Assembly (NCBI GenBank): GCA_043228905.1 | Contig: JBHGNT010000021.1 | Location: forward strand, 4,278,001-4,342,000 | Reading direction: 5' to 3' | Length of the DNA stretch: 64,000 nt | DNA from: Azolla caroliniana | Lineage: Eukaryota; Plantae; Polypodiophyta | Shown here: positions 53,134 to 64,000 of the stretch, piece after piece | Layout: every line of letters begins with the position of its first letter | Position numbering within the stretch: position 1 is the stretch's first letter | Made by a program: the position numbers and the translations under genes | Notes under the pieces: model-generated | What the model saw: only the letters and a program-made list of their open reading frames with translations | Told to the model about the DNA's origin: nothing | Databases searched by the model: none

Positions 53134-54149
53134 TACAACAATAGTTTTGTTTGCTATGAAAATGATGATTTGGGAAATTAATTACAAAACACCTTAGTGT
53201 AAAACATTTACGACATTAAATGTAAGCTTATTCCAACATATTTTTTCAGTATTTTTCTTTGAATGTTGCCATTTTCTTGTGCCTTAATCGAGCCTTCCCT
53301 TCATTGGAATTTCCATACATACTTTTCCCCCATGCAAAACACTTGTCTATGCACCCTCTTTGCATGCACAATTGCACCCAATTCTCTTTCTATTCATTAT
53401 TAACCTAAATAATGGTAACCCCTCATCGTCATGGTCACCCAAGTTCTTAGAAATAAGATATAACGACCATTTGATTTCATTTTATTGTTAAAGGCACACT
53501 TGTCAAGACAAACATGTGCAAGTTTTGATCAAACTTGCCTTAGAACTTTCTTAGATATAATGTAGATTTATGGAATTGTAATACATTTCTTTTGTTAGGT
53601 TTGTGCCTTGGTGATGAAAACAAAGGTTGAGATGGTGTTATAAGCATAACTTTAAGGAGCAAATCTATAGCCAGTTTAATGGGTTGATGGTGGTCTATGA
53701 GACTTAGATGTTGGCCAGCCGCCATATAAACATAAGGTAATATTCAATGGTATGGGACACCAATGGTGCCTGATGTTTGTCTCGTGTCCTTCACTTAGGG
53801 GTAGCTGGTGTGGTTAGACAATCTTGATCCATTCTTTTCCTTAATATCTTATTATTCTGCTCATGGGAAGATCTCATTTCATTCTTATCGAAAATGTTCA
53901 ATAAACATAGCTGGATTCATGAGGTTAACATCCTTAGCTTCACTAAATTAAATTACAATATTTTTTTATCAACTTCGAGGTAAATACCTTGATAGTTTAT
54001 TCAAAAGGTATTAGACGAGAGTTGAATCTAACAAAGATACCATGAAAATCACCACACACCCTTGAAGTTAACATTTCACATTTTTTATGGTTCGCTCTAT
54101 CATAATTGAAAGGTTAGGGTTTAAATTACACTATGATGTGCAAAACTAT

Positions 54150-54700
54150 GCAATAAATTTTTGTAATGTTAGATGAATAAGGTTGATCTGCCTAAATTGC
54201 ATGTCTTTTATTCCTAACAATAAATGGGAAAGTGTATCGATTTATTTTATTGCTAGCATGCATCCAACATAAAGAATTCACGATTCTATATGGGTTGTTG
54301 TCAATTGTGTAACAAAATTAGCCAAATTTATACAAACTAAAACCAAGGTAACAAAAATTGTCGATGAGTTATTTTGAGTTTATGGGTTATCGATGGATGT
54401 AGTCACTGACAAAGCAAGTTTACTAGTGTTTTTTGAACTCAGAGTCTATTAAAAGTTGGAAACTACTTTGAGCATGTGTTTTCTTAGATAATCCCATGTA
54501 TAATGGTTGACATTTTCAAGTTAATTAAATCATGGAGGATATAATTATAGCCTATGTGATGAAGAAGCCAACAAAATGGGAACAATACGTCCCCTTGTTA
54601 GAGTTTGCTTATAACAACAAACATGATATAATCCTTTTATGTTGATATATAGGTTTCAATCGTGAATCCCTATCGATGTTAATTTTCATGAAGATGAATA
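54150..54700 (+). pseudogene. Highly decayed gypsy integrase remnant
   Basis: Translates in pieces as KWESVSI-F, DSIWVVV..VTKLAKFI and WEQYVPLLEFAYNN. Confidence 0.7.
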
Positions 54701-55000
54701 AGAGAGTAAACAAAACATTCTGCATGAAATAGCCATCACGATTGGATGTAGGCAAATTTGGGGATCACAAAATCTGCAAAAAGCATTATCAAATGTGGCA
54801 TCAACAAGTATGTGGAACATTTGGAAATAAAGATGTCTCGAATGGTACTAAGGGGAAACACACACCATTGCAAATGTCATCACAACAATATGGACTAATC
54901 TAGTGGTATCCTTGCATGTACAATTCGGAAACCTATAGGAAGATTCAGAGTCTCAAGAGTTGGCACAAGCACAAATTATCTCACTCTCGGCAACCACACC

Positions 55001-55461
55001 TGTTAGAACATAATCCTAATGTAAGCATGAGATAAGGAAATATATTATAAGAAAATAGAGAAGAGAGAGAGAGAAAGAAGGGCGTCGATCCACCCGACCA
55101 CTCTCGAGCTAAGGGATCGAGATGGACTCGAGCCTCGATCGGCGTCCCATACCACCGTCGTGCTGTCGAGTCGTACCTGGTATTGGCGTGTTCGCGACAA
55201 GAGTCTCTTCACCACACGATCAGAGTCTCGACATAGTCAAAATGATGTGTCAATGAGGGTATTTATCCCTCATATTTATAGCAAGACCTAAGGCCCCCAT
55301 GCAAGTTCACACTTTGCCCTTATGGGTTGTCCAAATTCCTAGGATTAAAAGTAATCCTCCAGGCTTCTTTACATTATGATTTAATCCTCACACATTATCC
55401 ACATGTATAGAATACTATGATATAGCTTACCACGGGATATTATATGGTCATGCCCGTAACA
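55001..55461. mobile_element. Solo LTR
   Basis: TGTTA...TAACA termini with 5-bp TSD ACACC on both sides. Confidence 0.85.
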
Positions 55462-55633
55462 ACACCATTGGTGGACTTCACATCAGGACATTCGAAATGG
55501 TGCTTCCAGCCATTGGCTCTATCCCCATTGGCCAACAAATCACCCATATTGCGTTCAGTGATATCAATGTCTAGCTGCGTTCAAAAGCTAACTAGATGTG
55601 TCTTGATGCTTCACGCTATTGTGAGCCTTTAAC

Positions 55634-58600
55634 TGTCAGAACCAAGAGAAAAGATAGAGTAGCGGAAGAAAGATGTAAAGAGATCACAAGAAGAGAGGAA
55701 TGAAGTCATATGAGAAGAATGAATGTATTAAGATAGAATGAGAATGGATACAAGATAGGCGATGAGAGCTTAAGACTGGTGTTGATTCGAATTGGTTTGA
55801 GAAGAATTGTATGTCTATATTTATAGGTTCCTATAGAATAGCCTAGAGGTTTCTATAATTTTCTAGAATGTTCTAGACCTAGAATATTCTAAGATGTTCT
55901 AGGATATTCTAGAATGTTCTAGAATGTTCCATAGTATTTACAATAATCAATGTAATACAAGAAGTAGCTTTTATCATCTCATATGATCATAGGCTATCTT
56001 AATGGTTAGGTTCTTGATTATGTAAAGCCCAGGTGAAACCATGATGTTTATGTATTCATGACACTATCTCCCCTTCGAGAATGACGAGTGGAAGGCGGCC
56101 TTAACAATGTAGGGCCCCAGCTTGTTCGGATAGTGGCAATGGAAGTCGTCGACAAGAGCTTGAGCATTAGACACATTAGTGACAGGTTCCCAAGTGCGAT
56201 CACTCAGAGAATAACCTACTTAATCAACTAGATAATAGTGCTTATTCCGCATAATCTTAGAATCGAGAATAGTAGCTACCTCGTATTCAGGGCCGTCAGC
56301 AAATTGGACAGAGGGCAGAGGTGGCACAACATGATTAGGAATGGAAGAGGTGCGACAAGGTTCCAAAAGAGAGTTATGAAAGACTGGGTGAAGCCGCATG
56401 TGTGCTGGAAGATTAAGACAAAAGGTTGCATCATTAATCCATGCAATGATGAGAAAAGGACCCAAGCCCTGATAATCGAGCTTCACATGGCCGGGTAGTC
56501 TTCATGTGATGACGAAGCAACCATACTTGGTCACCAACCTTAAAAGGAGACTTAAGACGATGACGATCTGCATTGGTCTTATGTTGTGCTTGAGCTATCT
56601 GAAGATGTGAAGATAACGCTAACTGGATTCGGTGTAGTCGATGAAGGTGATGCTCAACACTAGGGTTTCGTGCGACCTTGGGAAGATCCAAGTGACACCA
56701 TCGAGGATGGTTGTTGGTGTATGCAAAGAAAGGTGTAACCTTGATAGAAGAGTGTACCGTGTTATTGTATGCAAACTCATCAAGATGTAAAATATTACTC
56801 CATTCATCTTGTTGATAACTGATGAAGCATCAAAGATACTACTTGATTGTTTGATTTGTGCGCTCTGTTTATCCGTCGGTTTGTGGATAATAAGCCGAAG
56901 AGAGTTTGCAAGAGATTTTGAGGCCTAGCCATAGGTGCTTACAAAAGTGAGAGATAAATTGAGGACTAGCAAACTCAACAAGATGTAAAATATTATTCCA
57001 ATCATCTTGTTGATAACTGATGAAGCATCAAAGATACTACTCGACTGTTTGATTCGTGCGCTCTGTTTGTCCATCGGTTTGTGGATAATAAGCCGAAGAG
57101 AGTTTGCAGGAGATTTTGTGCCCTAGCCATAGGTGCTTCCAAAAGTGAGAGATAAATTGAGGACCACGATCGGTAATTATATCGTTTGGAAGACCATGAT
57201 GGCACAACACTTCACACATAATGATATTTGCGGTTTCTTGACTACTATGCTCTTTACACATGGTAAAAAATGTGCCATATTGGTAAATCGATCCACTATT
57301 GTTAAAATAATATCAAATCCTTTTGAAGGTGGTAGCTCCGTAAGGAAATCCATAGAAATAGACTACCATGGCTTCGTTGGAGGCAGTAATGGTTGTAACA
57401 AGCCATAAGGATGATGCCTGGGTATTTTGGTTCGACAACATGTGTCACATGTACGAACATAATCTTTGACAAAGTTTTGCAAATGAGGCCACCAAAACGA
57501 GCGCTTCACCAACTCCATGGTCTTGGCAATACCAAAACGTCCAGCCATAGGGGCATCATGACAATACTCTAATACTTGAAGGCGGGGTGATCCATCAGGG
57601 ACGTAAAGGAAATTCTTGTAAAACATTAAGCCATCTTGCCACTTGAATTCCTGATAGTGTTGAGATGACCCTTGCAATGTGGAGCACGATTCATGGCTTG
57701 GATTAATGTGGGCCAAGACATCCTTAGCAAAATCATCAAAGTGAAGTCATTGCCGAATAGTATCAACAAGACGTGAATCAAGCGACGTGGCATAAATTGT
57801 TGTTGCTTGTAGCTTTGATGGTCCTAGGAGAATTTGCTTTTGATTGTGGAAGGCCGGATCTCCAAGTCGAGGTGCAAGATATGAACGCCGAGATAGAGCA
57901 TATGCCTTCCCTTGTTGTTTCCTAGGGCGAAAGTCGATCTTGAAATCAAAATGAGTTAGAAACTGTGCCCACCGAGCTTGTCTCCTTTTGAACACTCGAG
58001 CCATTTGAAAATACGTAAGGTTTTTATGATCACTATAAAAGATGATTTGATGAGGCGATCCTTCCAAGAAATGTCGCCATTGCTCGAAACAGTCGACCAC
58101 AACTAGTAACTCCTTGTCATACACCTTGTAATTTATCTCCGCAGTAGTAAATTTTCTCGAGTGAAACGCGACTGGATGGGATTGCCCGTCCTTGCCTGGT
58201 TGTGATAGGATACTCCCCAATGCAAAGTCTGACGCATCTGCCTCAATGGTAAATGGCTTTTCGAGATCAATATGCGCTAAGATAGGAGCTGATGTGAATG
58301 CCTCTTTGAGCTGAGTAAAGGCTATGTCCGCTTCAATAGTCCAAACAAACACTTGATTATTCTTGGTGAGTTGGGTAAGAGGCAACACGATCTTTGAATA
58401 ATTCCATACGAATTTGCGATAGAAGTTAGCAAATCCGAGGAAACACTAGACATCTCGAACAGAATGTGGGGGTTGCCATTCCAATATTGTTTTGACTTTT
58501 GTTGGATCCATGAAGATACCCTTGGATTAAATAGTATAACCCAAGAATTGGACTAGTTCACTGTCAAAACTGTTCTTCTCAAGTTTGGCATACAGACCAA

Positions 58601-59191
58601 ACTTTCTTAAGAGTTCAAGTACTTTCCGGACATGTATATCATGCTCCTCCTGTGTTTTAGAGTAAATCAATAGATCATCTAAATAGATGATGAGAAAGAT
58701 ATCTAGAAAATCCCGGTAAATGTCATTTGCCATTTGTTGGAAAACTCGACGTTCTTGAAGGGGAGATAGTGTCATGAATACATAAACATCATGTATCCAT
58801 TCTCATTCTATCTTAATGCATTCATTCTTTTCCTATCACTTCATTCGTCTCATCTTGTGATCTCTTTACATCTTTCTTCCGCCACTCTATCTTTTCTCTT
58901 GGTTCTGACAGTTTGATTCGAATTGGTTTGAGAAGAATTATATGTCTATATTTATAGGTTCCTATAGAATAGCCTAGAGATTTCTATAATGTTCTAGACC
59001 TAGAATATTCTAGATGTTCTAGGATATTCTAGAATGTTCTAGAGTATTTATAATAATCAATGTATTAAAAGAAGTAGCTTTTATTATCTCATATGATCAT
59101 AGGTTATATTAATGGTTAGGTTCTTGATTATGTATTGTAAGGTCTTAATTTCAAGCCTAGGTGAAGCCATGATGTTTATGTATTCATGACA
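55634..59191 (-). mobile_element. Chromovirus (Tcn1-like) element H, gag/protease deleted, rearranged 5' end
   Basis: 3' LTR 55634-56063, PPT, chromodomain (EYEVATILDSKIMRNKHYYLVD), integrase with a ~200-bp duplication, RNase H and partial RT (YLDD). 5' U3 at 58913-59191. TSD TTAAC/TTAAT. Confidence 0.92.
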
Positions 59192-59389
59192 TTAATAGTC
59201 TCAAAATGTATCAATTCATTTGCTAATCATATTGATCTTCATGATGATGTTGACATGAAAGAACTTATGAGTTTTGATAATAACATTTTGATAATTAATT
59301 ATTTGGCAACTCGTGAGAATTTATTTTCTTAACATGATTTGGTAGAAAAAATCCCAATGCTCGAACTAAACATTTGAGATTGTAAAGAG

Positions 59390-59455
59390 TGTGGACGTAG
59401 GTGGTGTTGTGCAACAAAAGCGAGCTATGTGTGTGTGTGAGTGCACGTAAGGCAC

Positions 59456-59516
<61 letters not shown>

Positions 59517-60988
59517 AACAAGAAGTTATATTTAGTAAAAAGATAAATCACATCCAATAGTAACTAAGTTACAAAGAGTTGGTTTAAATACCAATTGGTC
59601 TAGGGCAAGTGCCCTTTCTACTAATTACAAAACTAGCTTAGTATGATGTCCACTGACTAGTGTGAACATTATCTCTATGGGAAGTTGAGTTCCATTCTCA
59701 ACACGCCCTTTTGAATACAACTTCCGGATGCTGAAAAGTTGGTTCGGTTCGATCTTCAAAAAACTTCGATTCGACTGAATCGACTTCGGCTTTCAAGTTG
59801 ATTCAGTTGTCGATTGCTTCGTGCTCCTTGTTCGGCTCAATTATCAATCGGTTGATCGGCTATTATTTGGCAACGGTGGCTTCTATTTGGTACTCCCCCT
59901 CAAGATCACCAATGAAGATATTGTGAGACCAAGGTCCGATGTAAATTGTCTAAGCTTTTTGACTCCTATGACTTTTGTGAATATGTCGGCAACCTGAAGG
60001 GTCATGCTTATATGTTGTAGGTCAACATCTCCAGCCTGAACACGCTCTTGGATGAAGTGGTAACACTTTGATATGCTTAGTCCGTGGGTGGAATACAGGG
60101 TTCCGAGCCAGATGGATATTGCTCATGCTGTCGCAATATAGGAGAATCAGGTTTGATGGGAACGCTTAGATCCTTCAATATGCGCTTCAACCAGATGGCT
60201 TCGCATGTGGCTACTGACGCGCCCCTGTATTCGGCCTCTGTGCTCGATAGTGCGACTATCGGCTGCTTCTTGCTGCTCCATGGGATCGCTCCGTTGCCGA
60301 GGGAGAAGATGAATCCAGATGTGGACTGTCGATTAGCTTTGTATCCGGCCCAATCTACATCAATGTACCCTTTGAGTTGAATGATCGTATTCGACTTATA
60401 CATGATGCCGAAATCCATTGTCCCACGGACGTACCAAACTACTCTCTTAGCGCAATCGAGATGAACATTTTGAGGGTTTTGCATGAATTGGCTAATTAGA
60501 CTGACCGAATAGTTGAGGTCGGGTTGTGTGATGGTAAGGTAGATTAAGCTGCCAATCAGTTGCAGATACTAAGTCGGCTCACAATCTTCTGTTCCCGAAT
60601 TGGCATTGAGCTTGAGATTTTGATCGAGAGGGGTAGACAGGTTTGCACTCAATCATCTTGAACTTGTAGAGCAAGTTGAGAATGTATTGCCGTTGAGAGA
60701 TCAGGATCCCGACTGGTGTCTGAATTACTTCGATACTAAGGAAGTAAAGGAGCTCATGCATATCCTTCATTTCGAATCGGCCGGATAGGAGCGATTTGAC
60801 CTTCTTAATCTCCGTGAGATCCTTTCCTCCGATGACCAGATCATCCACGTATAGGATGATGACAATTGGGTTGTTCGACTCGTTTAAGATGTATAGGGAG
60901 TTGTCCAATTTCGACATTCGAAAGCCAATTTGGTGAAGATACTAGGTGATCTTCGAATGCCAAGCACGTGGTGCTTGCCTCAGGCCGT
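59390..60988 (-). mobile_element. Ty1/copia 3' part (RT, RNase H, 3' LTR 59390-59703), interrupted by element F
   Basis: ILYVDDLVI, DVDWAG, WSSKKQPIVALSSTEAEY. The LTR runs TG...CA with a purine tract before it. Confidence 0.9.
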
Positions 60989-63900
60989 TGTCGTGAAGAA
61001 AACTGGCCATAGGCGGAATCAGAGAAAAAGGCGCATGAACCGGCTCTTACATGGGTGGACGCGAGAATTGATATTTTGTACAGAATTCATAATTAGGTCG
61101 GCTGATGTAAATACTAGGTAGTACACATTTATTAGGGGATTTGTGCATATCTCTGTCAAAAGGGATAGGGAATAAAGCGGTTTGACTAGGGGAGAAGGGT
61201 CTCCTCTCGACGAACTATTTAAGGAAGGAGAGAAGGAAGAAAAGGGACGACGCGTTGGCGAGGACGAAGTGCTACTGCAGAACTGAGTGCCGAGCTCTAT
61301 CTCCTCTGATCGTCGTTCTCTGTGGGTGTCCGGAGTTCGCTGCCTCTGCTTCATGGACAACCCGTGTGCTTCCAGCAGAGGCTCTCCCCCTTTTTTGTTT
61401 CTTCGAGTCGAGTGGCTGTCGTCTGTGTGCGTGAGTAGGACCCTATGTCAGGTCCATTACCGGTTTGCCAGTTGTAACTGTTCGAGTTGTAAGCTACTGA
61501 TTATAGTAATCGGATCCCTGTTTCTTGCTCTTATTTTCTTTCTGTGTGTCTGCAACTCTCTCTCTCTCTCTCTCTCTCACTCTCTCCTTGGTCCAAGACC
61601 CCCGTGGTCCCGCCTTTTCCTACACGCACACGCGAAACTTCACGACATACTCTTGGTGAACCCGACGTGAAAAGGCGGCAAAGGAGTCGGAAGATGAGGG
61701 GATCAGAGCTAGTAGAGGCAATGGCGGTAGCCGTCAACCGGCTGGTGAGTGCTCGCGAGGGGCGGGTACCCTCGACAGAGCCATTGAATCGATCGTCGGC
61801 AGCATAGGCTGATTTGGTGGGAAGAATCCCACAAGTTATTTGGAGGCTTACCGGGCCGAAATGATCATGAGGGATATCTCGGTGGACAGGCGGCTGTCCG
61901 GATTCCCTCAGGTGGTGACGCCAAGCATCCACGCGGAGGTGCTCAAGGTGTTGGCCGGATGCCAGACTTGGGAGGACTTCGAGCTGCAGCTCCTCGAGAA
62001 GTACAGTTTTGATGACTCGCTTCAACTGTCGAGGCAGGACTTCATGGCTTGGATGGAAAGCCTCGGAAAAGGGAGGAACACGTCGGCGCTCCTCCAGGAG
62101 TTCGAAAAACAATTGGCGCGGCTGTCGGCGCTGGACCGAACCGTGCTCAAAATTAGTCGAGTACTACTGTTTGTCAAGTCGGTGGACGCGCTCGACAGGG
62201 AAAAGGTGGGTCCCCTATTGGAGACGGACGAAGGGCTCACGACAGACTGGGCCGTGGTAAAACGAGTCTGCAGCCGTTTCAACAAACGGCGCGAGTGGAG
62301 CGACGAAAGCTCGTCGGAGTCAGGACCGGTCCCGACGAGGAGGCTCGAGGAGCCGGTATCAGTGCAAGCCGGTAGGAAGGAAGAGACCCGAATTTGGCTG
62401 GAGTCGGGGTCGACATCGAACAACGTGGTCAAAGGCCCATCCGGAGGAGCGGCTCTAGAGGAGCTGACACAGATGGTGCGCGACCTGTAGATCGCACAGG
62501 CCCGGAGAGACAACAGCGAACAACCTCGCGATCGGAGGCCGCCGACTAGGCAGCGGTGCATGTGGTGTGACGCGATCGGTCACATTCGGAAGGATTGCGT
62601 GGATTTCGCTGATGCACTCAGGACCAACGTGGTGTACCTCTGGAACGGGCGGGTGCATGCGAGCGAGACCCGGAGAGCCCTAGAATTGAATACGGGGCAC
62701 AACGGAATGAAGAGGTTGATGGAAGAGGCCGCGACACGGCATGTAGAAGCCGTTAACTACTTAGTGTCGGCGGGAATTCGGGTCGGGGGTGATGAGACCT
62801 GGAAGGCGAAGGACTCCGGATTCTGGCCGCTAGTGCTAGAAGGCCTCTCCGGAGTTCGGTTGAAGAAGGAAGAGGCAGACCGCGTGGAACAACGGGTCTA
62901 GGAGGTCACCGGATGGGACGATCCGGTCGAAGAGAAAACGGGCTTCATAGAAGCCGCTTGCCAGAACTACGAGGTTCTGGTGGAAGACAAACGGGCAGGA
63001 AAGGCCGGAGGGGTCGGCCCCCCGCAGAGGTACGAGACCCGGTTCGGATCGAAACCGATCGGTGCCGGCAACCCAAGTGCGTTGGATGGGAAGAAGCAGG
63101 CGGGGTTTTGGTTGAGCACCGAAATCGAGAGAGCAACGGACGTACAAAAGGTCCTTGAAGAGCGGATCCTCGACAGTAAAGTGGAGCTGTCGTTGCGGGA
63201 GGTGCTGGGAATCGCCAAGAGGGAGTTCCACGACTCCATCGTAGACTTGGTGAAGTGGAAGAGGCTCTCGACGGAGCTGGAACCGGAGAAGCCGGTGGAG
63301 GTGCAGACTACGCACTTAGAAGACACAGTCCTAGAAGACGAGTTGGCGGAAAGCCACTATGCGAAGCCGCATTGGGCCAGGGCAACTACAGAAACCCCTG
63401 TGCGGATCGACAATGTTCTGGAACCGGTGGTGGCCTTGGTAGACCATGGATCCCCTGATGTCCATGGATTTCTACAAGAAGGATAAATGGCCGATCAACA
63501 CCAAGCATGGGTGGAAGATACGCGCAACGACGCGTGCTACGGAGGAGCTACATGGTGCGTGCCCGAATGTACGCGTAAAGATCGGTGACGTCGAGATAGA
63601 TCAACATTTCTTCGTGCAGGAAACATCCTCGCACCTGGTGATTCCAGTCTCTTTTGACGACACCTTGGGCGAGTTGCGAAAGGTGATCGGTGAAGACCTT
63701 AGAGAAGACTGGACCGTTCCGGTTAGTTCGATGGGAATGTACGAAGTCATCGCGTACTTCGGGGAAAGGATCGGGTCGGATCGGACGGCCCGCGTGGATA
63801 CAAAGTACAAGATTGTGGACCAGAAGGTGAGGCCAATCGCGGCACCCTTGCCGAAGGGTAGCGAGGAGCAGATAAAAGGGGTCGCGTCGGACCCAAGTTT

Positions 63901-64000
63901 ACGGAATCCGGCTGGCATAGGGCACCGGTTCACCGACATAACGCTACAGGAGCTCAAGGTCGGTGGGGGTGGCTTTCTACTGCCGGCGGAGGAGGACAGG
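60989..64000 (+). mobile_element. Gypsy element F (TGTCGTGAAG family): 5' LTR 60989-61647, Trp PBS, disrupted gag-protease, start of pol; runs off the window
   Basis: LTR TGTCGTGAAG...CTTCACGACA, gag ATG at 61694, deletion near 63640 that removes the gag/pol junction, left flank CCGT. Confidence 0.93.

Overview
Eukaryotic nuclear DNA from a land plant. A non-seed plant such as a fern is my inference from the TE lineages. The window holds one host gene, a minus-strand SBP-box/SPL transcription factor (about 43.8-48.0 kb, three coding exons, variant miR156/miR529 site). It sits between two blocks of nested retrotransposons (1-40 kb and 53-64 kb). The nests contain six copies plus one solo LTR of an unusual Ty3/gypsy family with LTRs starting TGTCGTGAAG, a tRNA-Trp PBS, gag-protease and pol joined by a likely -1 frameshift, and no chromodomain. 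They also contain two Tcn1-like chromoviruses, two Ty1/copia elements, a LINE, several solo LTRs and a hAT-type MITE. Main observations: (1) all six readable insertion sites of the TGTCGTGAAG family are 4-bp targets centred on CpG (NCGN), while neighbouring elements have ordinary 5-bp TSDs; (2) two independent chromovirus copies share the same fold-back junction in the 5' LTR, as expected for Tf1-type self-priming; (3) several LTRs carry antisense tRNA-like cassettes; (4) the SPL microRNA site has a substitution opposite miR156 position 5 that should largely spare miR529 pairing. Coordinates were read by eye and may be off by a few bases.
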